Origin: an uncultured virus (IMG/VR IMGVR_UViG_3300029305_009146) | Taxonomy: Duplodnaviria > Heunggongvirae > Uroviricota > Caudoviricetes | Strand: one strand, 5' to 3' | Length of the DNA: 64,000 bases | Virus record (IMG/VR): IMGVR_UViG_3300029305_009146 | Part shown: positions 55,910 to 63,739 of the stretch, one piece after another | Layout: every line of letters starts with the position of its first letter | Numbering within the stretch: position 1 is the first letter of the stretch | Notes under the pieces: generated by a model | What the model saw: the letters and a program-made list of their open reading frames with translations, nothing else | What the model was told of the DNA's origin: nothing | The model's database searches: none | Translations under genes and position numbers: made by a program

Positions 55910-56779
55910 AATACGCCTCCTGTAAATCGTCATATTCTTCGGAAAGATAGTTAAGAAGTTTCTTGTAAATATCCAGCCGATGCTCTTGCAAATACTGACA
56001 CAACTCTACATCTGTATCAAAGAACTCTTCTATCGCAGTAGAATTTGCCCACCGGTCAAATGCAGTTCTTGTTGTAGCCCGAAACATCCACCGGTTATCT
56101 TTAAAGCATTTGCTTATGGCTCTTTATCCAGCTCCTCATCCGGCGTCTCAAAAAAGTAAAGCCTGGTATCTAAATTTTCTTTTATGTATTGGATGGTATC
56201 ATTGGTTGCACTTCTGTAAGAAAATGTGCTGTCATATGGGTGTTCATCATAATAGCAATTTGCACACCCTTCATGAATCTGAATATTCGGATTCCGCGTA
56301 GGAGCAAGCAACATAGAAAAGAACGAATCTACGGCATATTTTTCTGCCTTGGTAAACCCGAATGTATCAAGTTCTTCTTTCTTCGCCAAAATGAGTTCCC
56401 GGTACAATTCGCACAGCATTCTCGCAGCTGTTGCTTCCGTAAGTCTCTCCGGGTGCAGTTCGGTCCGGAGCTCGTGATTTAAAATGTCCAGTTCCGGGTC
56501 CGAGACTGTGTTCTTGTAGGGGAATGTCTCATCCCATTGTTCAGACAACGGAGAAATATCCCTATACCATGAGTTTTTATCAGCGAACCATTTTGCTGCT
56601 TCTCGCAACACAGAAGCTTTCTTGTCGTCCTTAAACTTTTCTTCGTAAGAGAGGGCAAACTGAACATACAGTACCTCTCTCGGGTCCCTCTCGTACAGCG
56701 CAATCGCCAGCTCTGCCGCCTCTCTGAGCTTTTTAGCCAGCTCTGGGCGATGATAGACTATAGTTTCTTCTTTCTTCAT
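55896..56779 (-). pseudogene. Probably frameshifted gene (56114-56779 plus 55896-56122)
   Basis: Downstream frame is open from ~56122 and has no SD of its own; removing one A near 56123-56125 joins the two. Confidence 0.5.
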
Positions 56780-56789
56780 AACAAACCTC

Positions 56790-57095
56790 CTAATCCGTCA
56801 TCTCATAGAAATAATCCGCATCCTCGCCTTTGAGGTGCTCAACCGCATACGCATCTGCCTCTTCCCAAAGCCGATTATAGAGATTGGCGATTGTATTATC
56901 GCCGTCTTTCTCGTCGTAGTGGTCCCAAATCTTCCAGTTAAGGACAATAACCAGCTCGGTAAGGGACTCCGGATTATCCTTCCATTCTGCAAAAGCCCGT
57001 TTAAAGGTATCCTCAATCGCATCATACCCGAACCGGTCCGCAATAGAAAAATCCTGCCAAAATGTGGTTTTAAATTTAAAATCATCCGGTAACAT
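56790..57095 (-). CDS. Conserved-looking phage/plasmid hypothetical protein
   Basis: TTFWQDFSIAD.FG..AI.DT..RAF..WK..LTEL..VLNWKIW. Confidence 0.85.
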   Translation of the reverse strand: MLPDDFKFKTTFWQDFSIADRFGYDAIEDTFKRAFAEWKDNPESLTELVIVLNWKIWDHYDEKDGDNTIANLYNRLWEEADAYAVEHLKGEDADYFYEMTD

Positions 57096-57109
57096 AGCAA
57101 CCTCCTCCT

Positions 57110-57436
57110 TTATCGTTCTACTGTGTCCTCTTTGTCATTTTCGGCCGTCTTTAACACGTTCTTTGCGACGTATTCTTCTGCAAACTTTTGAAACTCAGAA
57201 AAACCATCCTCAAAAACAGACCAGCCGGAACCCTTTTCTGCCTGATATTCAATCCAGCCGACATTAGCGTACGGGGCTTTGTCGTATGAAAAGTATTTTG
57301 TACCTTCCGGACTCCGCAGCGAACCGGAACCATCCTGATACATAACCCACCGCCAGTCGTCAGACAAGCGTTCTGCCCGTTTTATAAATGGCAACATATC
57401 AATAGCCATGTCAATATCGGTGTTCATGCTATTCAT
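57110..57436 (-). CDS. Hypothetical protein (paralog of 53129-53407)
   Basis: DGSGSLRSPEG; ends DTVER. Confidence 0.8.
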   Translation of the reverse strand: MNSMNTDIDMAIDMLPFIKRAERLSDDWRWVMYQDGSGSLRSPEGTKYFSYDKAPYANVGWIEYQAEKGSGWSVFEDGFSEFQKFAEEYVAKNVLKTAENDKEDTVER

Positions 57437-57449
57437 TCTATTCATCCTC

Positions 57450-57821
57450 CTATTCTCGTTCCAATGTATCGCCCTTGTCTGTTGACAATCCGACAAGCAA
57501 TTTTTCGGTATCAGTCCATGTGATTTTGCCATATAATTCTTCGTGCTCGCTGATTACCAACGAAAAAACACCAAGTTTATCAAACACATAATCTTTCAAA
57601 ACAACGATTATTTCGCTTGTGGGGTCTGACTCATAGACAACGCCTCCGTCTTTTCCATGCTCCATCGCATAGATTACCTGAGATTCTTCAGATACCATAA
57701 TGTCCACGCAGACGTCATAATTTGGATGCTGTTCGAGCGCTACTGTATAAATCACACGCAGCTTTTCGCCCGCACAAGAATCGTCGTAAAAGTCGATAAT
57801 TTCATAGTTATCTTTCCGCAT
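57450..57821 (-). CDS. Hypothetical protein
   Basis: SD; ends TLERE. Confidence 0.8.
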   Translation of the reverse strand: MRKDNYEIIDFYDDSCAGEKLRVIYTVALEQHPNYDVCVDIMVSEESQVIYAMEHGKDGGVVYESDPTSEIIVVLKDYVFDKLGVFSLVISEHEELYGKITWTDTEKLLVGLSTDKGDTLERE

Positions 57822-57830
57822 ATCTTCCTC

Positions 57831-58340
57831 CTATCTTCCAAACACATCCATATCATTTATTATTCTCCCGACATCACGAAGGTGATACTGGAACGGTCGT
57901 TCTTCTTCGTTTATATCATGTTCCGGATATGTCCCCGAATGTACATATTCCTTAAGATACTCGTAGCACAGGCTCTTTGCCATGTTTAAAACAACATAAC
58001 AGTCGTCTCGGGAAATTATTCCGTCTCCATACCGCAACCGGTTCATCCTTGTAATAATGTCTGCATTAAGCGCAATATCGCTATGTCCTTTTACGAAGCC
58101 ACCTCTGCAAAACTCCAGTTTAATCAGAATTTCCGAAATATTGTGTGTGTGGCTGACGGTGTCATAGAGCTCCTCATTTTTCTCTCTCACAAACAACTTC
58201 AGTAGTTTCTCTATCGCCTGTGCGCTGTGATACGCAACAAGGTTATGAATTTCCGGGTTCTTTGCCCAGATTTTTTCATCATCATAAAACACCTTTTTGG
58301 CCAATATCAAATCAGCCTGTGCACTCGCTATCGTAAGCAA
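57831..58340 (-). CDS. HEPN-domain protein
   Basis: AYHSAQAIEKLLK..HTHNI..LRYG pattern. Confidence 0.8.
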   Translation of the reverse strand: MLTIASAQADLILAKKVFYDDEKIWAKNPEIHNLVAYHSAQAIEKLLKLFVREKNEELYDTVSHTHNISEILIKLEFCRGGFVKGHSDIALNADIITRMNRLRYGDGIISRDDCYVVLNMAKSLCYEYLKEYVHSGTYPEHDINEEERPFQYHLRDVGRIINDMDVFGR

Positions 58341-58352
58341 TTAAAACACCTC

Positions 58353-58694
58353 CTACCCCTGATACACCAAAAGAACATTCCCTTTGGCAATTTCTTCTTT
58401 TACTGCTTCCGCTCCAAAAGGCTCCTGCTCCAGAGTTTTGCTGTTATATAAGACACTACCGTCTAAGAGCCGGCTGATAGTCCCGTCCAAAATGATATAG
58501 CGCATATCCCCGGGAACAAGCGTTGTCTCCACTACTACCTGGGCCTCGGTTCCGTATGGGTTGTTCGGTACTAACCACAGCCTGGTCACTTCTTTGGGAA
58601 ACTTTTCTTTAAGAAACGACGCGATACATCTTAAGCCGTAAAACAGCACATCTGATACATCTTCTCTTTTATACATACGAGCCTGAATTTCCAT
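58353..58694 (-). CDS. Degenerate MNT (nucleotidyltransferase)-like protein
   Basis: Upstream of HEPN; EVTRLWLV and EEIAKGNVLLVY ends resemble MNT; GS and DxD motifs absent. Confidence 0.45.
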   Translation of the reverse strand: MEIQARMYKREDVSDVLFYGLRCIASFLKEKFPKEVTRLWLVPNNPYGTEAQVVVETTLVPGDMRYIILDGTISRLLDGSVLYNSKTLEQEPFGAEAVKEEIAKGNVLLVYQG

Positions 58695-58709
58695 AACAAA
58701 CACCTCCTG

Positions 58710-58798
58710 TTAGCGTTCCAACGCAGCCATCTCTCGTTCTACTGAGTAAAATCGCCTTTTTCAACACACTTATCAAAAGTAACCATCGAAACATCCAA
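58710..58798 (-). pseudogene. Small frameshifted ORF ending ALER
   Basis: GGAGG SD + TTG; 89 nt, one base short of MDVSMVTFDKCVEKGDFYSVEREMAALER. Confidence 0.35.
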
Positions 58799-58827
58799 AG
58801 GTCTGCTCCTCCTTGTTTTTCTATTAC

Positions 58828-58840
58828 TGTTAAGGGAAAA
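58828..58840 (-). promoter_or_regulatory. TTCC(C)TTAAC element motif
   Basis: Divergent pair, leftward copy. Confidence 0.75.
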
Positions 58841-58872
58841 AATCGTAATCATAGAAATAATTGCTATAAAAA

Positions 58873-58884
58873 TTTCCCTTAACA
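58873..58884 (+). promoter_or_regulatory. TTCC(C)TTAAC element motif
   Basis: TTTCCCTTAACA on plus strand, 30 nt before plus-strand gene 58914. Confidence 0.8.
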
Positions 58885-58913
58885 ATAGTAAAGATAGCGC
58901 AAAGGAGAAAAGT

Positions 58914-59399
58914 ATGAATCAGTCACCAACAAAAGAAAGTGTAGGCGTATTAACACAGACCATCCTGCCATTTTCATTGCATGGCGTGAACCCCCGCACC
59001 ATTATGGGGGAAGAAGAATGGCAGAAGGTAAAGAAAGAGACACAGAAACAGGCAGACCATCATTGTATGTGTTGCGGCCGGTCGGTACAACATATTCCGG
59101 GAGACTGGGTGGAGACCCACGAAATGTACAGCATAGACACGGAAAAGCACGTATTTGAGCTCTCCGGATTTGTCGGGCTCTGTAACGATTGCCACAGTTA
59201 CATTCATCAGGGGCGACTCCGAATTCTGGTAGCAGAAGGTAAAATGAGAATGAGTGAGTATACTCGTATCATCGAACATGGAGATAAGTTACTTGATATG
59301 TTTGGATTATCAAAACACGATTTGCCGGGAAGTGAAATTGAGAACCCGGAATGGCGCCTGTTATACAACGGGGAGCTTTATAAAAACGATTATAAATAA
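58914..59399 (+). CDS. HNH-type endonuclease-like protein
   Basis: CMCCG..ETHE..LCNDCH..IH; AAGGAG SD. Confidence 0.8.
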   Translation: MNQSPTKESVGVLTQTILPFSLHGVNPRTIMGEEEWQKVKKETQKQADHHCMCCGRSVQHIPGDWVETHEMYSIDTEKHVFELSGFVGLCNDCHSYIHQGRLRILVAEGKMRMSEYTRIIEHGDKLLDMFGLSKHDLPGSEIENPEWRLLYNGELYKNDYK

Positions 59400-59404
59400 G
59401 CAAA

Positions 59405-59436
59405 AAAAAGACCGCATAACGCGGCCTTTCTTTTTT
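59405..59436. terminator. Bidirectional terminator
   Basis: CCGC-ataac-GCGG flanked by A/T tracts between convergent genes. Confidence 0.65.
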
Positions 59437-59725
59437 AATCCAGTTCTTCTTGTTCAAAACTCTCCCAAAGATAGTTGTTTTCATCACGTTTTTTGATTTT
59501 CTCCATCAACGTATCAATGCCCCAACCGCAAACAGCGGTAAGCATTCTGTCGGCGATTTCAAACTCCTGCTCTGTCTTGCAGGCAAGAAACGCACGCATT
59601 ACGGAAAGTCCCATGTAAGAGGATGAGGTATCATCGCTCATGAGCTCGTCCACCAGTACCTCGCCCAGTTTATCGGACAAATTTACATCATCATAATCTG
59701 CTTTATACAATTCTCCCCATTTCAT
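59435..59725 (-). CDS. Acidic hypothetical protein
   Basis: Start moved to MKWGEL. Confidence 0.75.
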   Translation of the reverse strand: MKWGELYKADYDDVNLSDKLGEVLVDELMSDDTSSSYMGLSVMRAFLACKTEQEFEIADRMLTAVCGWGIDTLMEKIKKRDENNYLWESFEQEELD

Positions 59726-59739
59726 AATTATTTCCTCCT

Positions 59740-60111
59740 TTATCGTTCCATAACATCCACAAGAATCAGTTCTTCCCACTCCTTTGGTTCGAGGACAACT
59801 TCAATTTTGCGGCGTCTTACACGTCCATTTGCAACCTCATATTCCCGGTAATCATCAGTTTCGGTACGCTCAGTAACAATAAAATACGCATCCGGAAAAT
59901 CATTTGATACCGCCGCCATCTGAGCAAGGTCACCCTTGGAGAAATAATCAAATTCACCAAGTCTTACCAAAATGCGGTGGCCGGATAAATCTTCACAACT
60001 CACATCAAGATACTGTGCAATCCGCACGTTTTCCATTAAAGCATCACAAATTTCTCCAAGATTCTTCTGCTTGGTAACAACGTTCAGCTTAAGTTCAGAA
60101 TAATAACTCAT
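59740..60111 (-). CDS. Hypothetical protein
   Basis: SD; ends DVMER. Confidence 0.8.
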   Translation of the reverse strand: MSYYSELKLNVVTKQKNLGEICDALMENVRIAQYLDVSCEDLSGHRILVRLGEFDYFSKGDLAQMAAVSNDFPDAYFIVTERTETDDYREYEVANGRVRRRKIEVVLEPKEWEELILVDVMER

Positions 60112-60168
60112 AATTCAAACCCCCTTGTATCATTCTCCATTGCTTCAAACTCAGCCCCGAGCTCTATT

Positions 60169-60738
60169 TTATCTTTCTTCTTTTCTTTCTGCCTGACATT
60201 TGGCATACCGCTCTTCCTGCTCGTATTCGTTATCTATCGGTCTCCCGCATTCATCAAGGAATATCATACCGTAGGTAGCAATCTGTCCTTTCATAACGCT
60301 CCGGTCGTAATCGGTAAGGTTGCAATATGTCTCATAAGTCGGCGGGACCAGCATCTTTTCTTCCCATGCGTTAATGGTTTCTGCCATAAGCTCATAGAGT
60401 TCCGCCGTGGTGGACTTTTCCACATCTACAACATCATAATTAAGAAAATCGCCCTCTTTGGACAAGAAAAATTCAAACCAGTTGTTTGCATCAACATACA
60501 AACGGTCACCATATTCCGTTTCTAAAAGTCGGTCTTCTGCAATAATCCGTTTCAACTCTTCCGGAAAGTCGGCGGGGTTACGGTATGTTATCCCATCAAA
60601 GTCAATATTGACTTCTCCGCGGACCTCAACTGTTGCAACCGTGCCGTTTCCTACCTCAAGGGTTGCGATTGTAGTCCCGCTTGAGAGCTGCAGGCTATCT
60701 ACAATGTTCGTCATATCTACATGCTGTTCAAACTTCAT
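60169..60738 (-). CDS. Hypothetical protein
   Basis: ATGA coupling; ends RKEER. Confidence 0.8.
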   Translation of the reverse strand: MKFEQHVDMTNIVDSLQLSSGTTIATLEVGNGTVATVEVRGEVNIDFDGITYRNPADFPEELKRIIAEDRLLETEYGDRLYVDANNWFEFFLSKEGDFLNYDVVDVEKSTTAELYELMAETINAWEEKMLVPPTYETYCNLTDYDRSVMKGQIATYGMIFLDECGRPIDNEYEQEERYAKCQAERKEER

Positions 60739-61580
60739 CGTTCTGTTTCCTCCTTATCTTTAGAAAAGTCCTTATAGTGAAATATTCGTGCAAGCTCATC
60801 CCAGAGCGAGCCGTCGGTCACATAAATATCTCCGGTATCGTCTACCCATTTTCCCCGCCAGCAGGTAGAAATGGTGACGAGATTATTATAATCTTCATCC
60901 ACTTCCCTATGGTAACTGCTGTCTTTTGTGATATGGAGGTCGAGTTCTCCGTAACAACCAAAGTTGCGGACATCAAGCCTTTCTCCGGCGTCAAGGTTGC
61001 TGCAAAGTCTTATTATTTCACTGAGTTGAACGTCCATAGGTTCTTTTTCGCTGTAATTATAGTAGGCTTCCTTTGGAATATCTTTACCGAGAAAGCTATA
61101 CAAATCTCGAATTACCACAGGAGCTCGCTGAAGGTACACTGTGTGTCCGGTTTCGGGATTGGTCAATTTATATTTGTGTTTGTCAAATTCTTCCGAAACG
61201 GTCAGTCCGAGTTTTTCACAGGTCACAAAGAAATCTGCGACTTCCTTCTTTGCCTGATTCACATTTAATACCGAACAGGTGACATTTTCCGTAAATTCAG
61301 CATCAGCCGCATATAAAACAACCTGTACCACCTCTGATTCCAAAATTTCAAGTAATGATGAGTCGTGAAATTGTTGCGGAATTTTAATCGTATACTCATC
61401 GGCAGAAGTCTGCCACTCACCAAGAAGAGAGTCTTCGACCTCTCCGCTGTCAATAAGCATTTGACCGTGCGCCAGCGCCAACTTTTCCGACAAATAAAAC
61501 GCAAGCGGCTCAACTGAAATAATCCCGTTTGACACAAAAGGCCGGTAAAGATGTACTTTTGTTGTCTTATCGTTCATCAT
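60735..61580 (-). CDS. Hypothetical protein
   Basis: Start moved to MMNDKT; ends EETER. Confidence 0.8.
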   Translation of the reverse strand: MMNDKTTKVHLYRPFVSNGIISVEPLAFYLSEKLALAHGQMLIDSGEVEDSLLGEWQTSADEYTIKIPQQFHDSSLLEILESEVVQVVLYAADAEFTENVTCSVLNVNQAKKEVADFFVTCEKLGLTVSEEFDKHKYKLTNPETGHTVYLQRAPVVIRDLYSFLGKDIPKEAYYNYSEKEPMDVQLSEIIRLCSNLDAGERLDVRNFGCYGELDLHITKDSSYHREVDEDYNNLVTISTCWRGKWVDDTGDIYVTDGSLWDELARIFHYKDFSKDKEETER

Positions 61581-62406
61581 GTTCTTCCTCCTTCTCCTGC
61601 AGATAATCGTCAAAGTTATAGCATTCATCTACGCCGATGCTCCAAGTATCACTCCGGTCATCGTTATACACGGAGGAAGAAATAATTCTTACTTTCTCCT
61701 TCCCGCCCACAAGACCGTCTACAAACAATTCAAACGGAATGCCACCGCGCATAGCCGCATCACACCATTCCCCGATTGTGTCCCGGGGAGCGTCCGTACA
61801 CAAAAGCACCCAGTCAAAGCCCTCTCCTTCAATAAGAACTTTGCGGGCCTTTTGAGCCTTATATTTGTTCATTTCCTTCACGTAATCACATTCGAGAAAC
61901 TCCTGCAGCTCTTCCATGGTCATGAGCTCTGCGTTTTCTCTGATTTCTGACAGGTTGTCATAGAGGATATCGAGCTGGTCGTGATTCATGTCTTTCCAGT
62001 CCGAGGCATCCCAGTTCATGTACATTTCACAGTCCATGATTTTTTCAATTTCCCCATCGGTAAAAGCATATTTAATTTGTCCCTCCGGCGAAACATCAAT
62101 AAAGAGCTTACCGTGATTGTTACTCGGAGACCAGAATACATAGTCCTCGAAATCCTGACTATAGTCCACTTCCCTATGTTCTTTTATCAAGTCAGAGCTG
62201 ATAACAATATCCTTCATATCAAAATTGACATCAAGAATCCGATTAAGCTTTGGAATATCGATGTACTTGTTATCTCTCAACCACTCTATTGTCCATCGGC
62301 AGCGGCTTATCATGCGCTCTGCATAACACCAACCGTTATCTCTGGCCGCAAGGTGAATATTATTACCATTATTTACCCTTACATAAAGTTGGCTTCTCTC
62401 GCTCAT
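61567..62406 (-). CDS. Hypothetical protein
   Basis: Start moved to MSERSQ; ends EHDER. Confidence 0.8.
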   Translation of the reverse strand: MSERSQLYVRVNNGNNIHLAARDNGWCYAERMISRCRWTIEWLRDNKYIDIPKLNRILDVNFDMKDIVISSDLIKEHREVDYSQDFEDYVFWSPSNNHGKLFIDVSPEGQIKYAFTDGEIEKIMDCEMYMNWDASDWKDMNHDQLDILYDNLSEIRENAELMTMEELQEFLECDYVKEMNKYKAQKARKVLIEGEGFDWVLLCTDAPRDTIGEWCDAAMRGGIPFELFVDGLVGGKEKVRIISSSVYNDDRSDTWSIGVDECYNFDDYLQEKEEEHDER

Positions 62407-62498
62407 AAACATTCTCCTTTCAAATATAGGAATCACTATATTTGTTAAGGGAAAAATATTGAAATAAAGAAAAGAACCATGCTTTTACACATGGTTCT
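62402..62498. repeat. Direct repeat copy 1 (start-SD-motif-terminator module)
   Basis: ctcataaacattctcctttca ... tgttaagggaaaaa ... aaagaaccatgcttttacaca shared with 63648-63736. Confidence 0.85.
62443..62455 (-). promoter_or_regulatory. TTCC(C)TTAAC element motif
   Basis: Upstream of 62406. Confidence 0.7.
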
Positions 62499-62517
62499 TA
62501 GCAAAGCTTTAATATTG

Positions 62518-63237
62518 TCAGAACAAAGGGAACGTGTCCGGCAAATCATGTTTTAAAATTCCGGCATAGAGAACCTTTTCTTTTTTGAAATATCCCCAAA
62601 ACTTCGTTCCGTAATCATAATGCCACCATTCGGACGGGAGATTGGTGAACCCCGCAGAAAGCATTGCGTTATAAAGCAATCTACGGTTATCTCTCACCTC
62701 TTCGCATTCATCAAACACCTCAAAATGATTTGACCACGCTCTGTTTGTAAAATCATCAAACAGGGTTCCCATGTTTAACGCATAGCCAGAATCCGTTATG
62801 ATTGTTAAATCTACTGCGCCACCAGTATTATGCAGGGACGGGTGAGTTATATCATAACTAGGCTTACTTACAAAAAATGATGTTAACTTATCCAGCTCTT
62901 CATCGTCTACTGCCGGATGGTCCGCCTTTACCTGCGCCCTGTAGTATTTCCAGAGTCGCTCCTGTACCTCTACCGGACGATACGCATCGTAGATTTTGAA
63001 CCTGAACCCTTTTGGTAATGAATCTTGTGCTATTTTTAATCGTTCAACTACTCCGACACGAGCATAACAATCTTTGAGTGCTCCGGCAATTCCCATTTTG
63101 TAATACTGGGATTCGCATACAAAGCCCGCTTGTGATAGTGATACGAGCGGCTCTTCAACACCTTTTACCTCATAACTGTGAATAGATGGAAACTCCACTG
63201 TTGGTATCGAGGTAGTTAAATCAATGTTATTACTCAT
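62518..63237 (-). CDS. D-Ala-D-Ala dipeptidase (peptidase M15D, VanX/DdpX-like)
   Basis: YDAYRP, SLHNTGGAVDLT, MGT.FDDF, EWWHY motifs. Confidence 0.9.
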   Translation of the reverse strand: MSNNIDLTTSIPTVEFPSIHSYEVKGVEEPLVSLSQAGFVCESQYYKMGIAGALKDCYARVGVVERLKIAQDSLPKGFRFKIYDAYRPVEVQERLWKYYRAQVKADHPAVDDEELDKLTSFFVSKPSYDITHPSLHNTGGAVDLTIITDSGYALNMGTLFDDFTNRAWSNHFEVFDECEEVRDNRRLLYNAMLSAGFTNLPSEWWHYDYGTKFWGYFKKEKVLYAGILKHDLPDTFPLF

Positions 63238-63256
63238 AATAACCTCTCCTTACTTT

Positions 63257-63652
63257 TTATTTTTCTAAAAAATCTTGTTCTTTTGTGTCAATCTCGCTAA
63301 TGACGCCTTGTAAAGACTGAAGTTTACGTTCCATTTCCTTTTGGATTTCCCGCAATCTATCTGCCAGAAGCTCCTTTGCAAGCTCTGCGTTTGGTGAATC
63401 AAAAACAACACAAAAACATTCGTTGTCTCCAAAAACACGTCCAAAGTGTTCTTTTGTTATTGTACATCCTTGAAAGCCCGGCAAGTTCCGTGAACTTTCT
63501 GTTAACCGATATTTCCCGTCTTTCAAATACATATTGTGAACTTCCTCTATATAGCGAAGCTTTTCCGGTTCTTTAGTTTGAGCGTCTTTTGTATAACCAT
63601 AAAAATACAACTTTTTTATATTATCTTCATACATCCATGAATAGTCCCTCAT
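63257..63652 (-). CDS. Hypothetical protein
   Basis: SD; C-terminal coiled coil. Confidence 0.8.
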   Translation of the reverse strand: MRDYSWMYEDNIKKLYFYGYTKDAQTKEPEKLRYIEEVHNMYLKDGKYRLTESSRNLPGFQGCTITKEHFGRVFGDNECFCVVFDSPNAELAKELLADRLREIQKEMERKLQSLQGVISEIDTKEQDFLEK

Positions 63653-63736
63653 AAACATTCTCCTTTCAGATATGGCGCCTTTCTATTGTTAAGGGAAAAA
63701 ATAAAAAAAGAACCATGCTTTTACACACGGCTCTTT
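63648..63736. repeat. Direct repeat copy 2
   Basis: See 62402-62498. Confidence 0.85.
63687..63699 (-). promoter_or_regulatory. TTCC(C)TTAAC element motif
   Basis: Upstream of 63652. Confidence 0.7.
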
Positions 63737-63739
63737 ATA

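Noticed and set aside
60112..60168. Open stretch KIELGAEFEAMENDTRGFEL* between genes, and similar tiny ORFs at 35199-35243 and 28282-28338
   Set aside because: Too short to support as genes; likely remnants.
62518..63237. Vancomycin-resistance locus
   Set aside because: No vanH/A/B/R/S neighbours; M15D dipeptidases are widespread.
165..63576. Numerous plus-strand ORFs in the ORF track (e.g. 8597-9286, 10508-11419, 36371-36940, 60681-61268)
   Set aside because: Antisense shadows of SD-supported minus-strand genes; Phe/Leu/Ser-rich, with no SD or promoter.
1442..63699. Repeated TTAAC motif as a CRISPR array or integron attC sites
   Set aside because: Copies are 0.1-6 kb apart and ~12 bp long, with no regular spacers, no attC R''/R' structure and no cas or integrase gene in the window.
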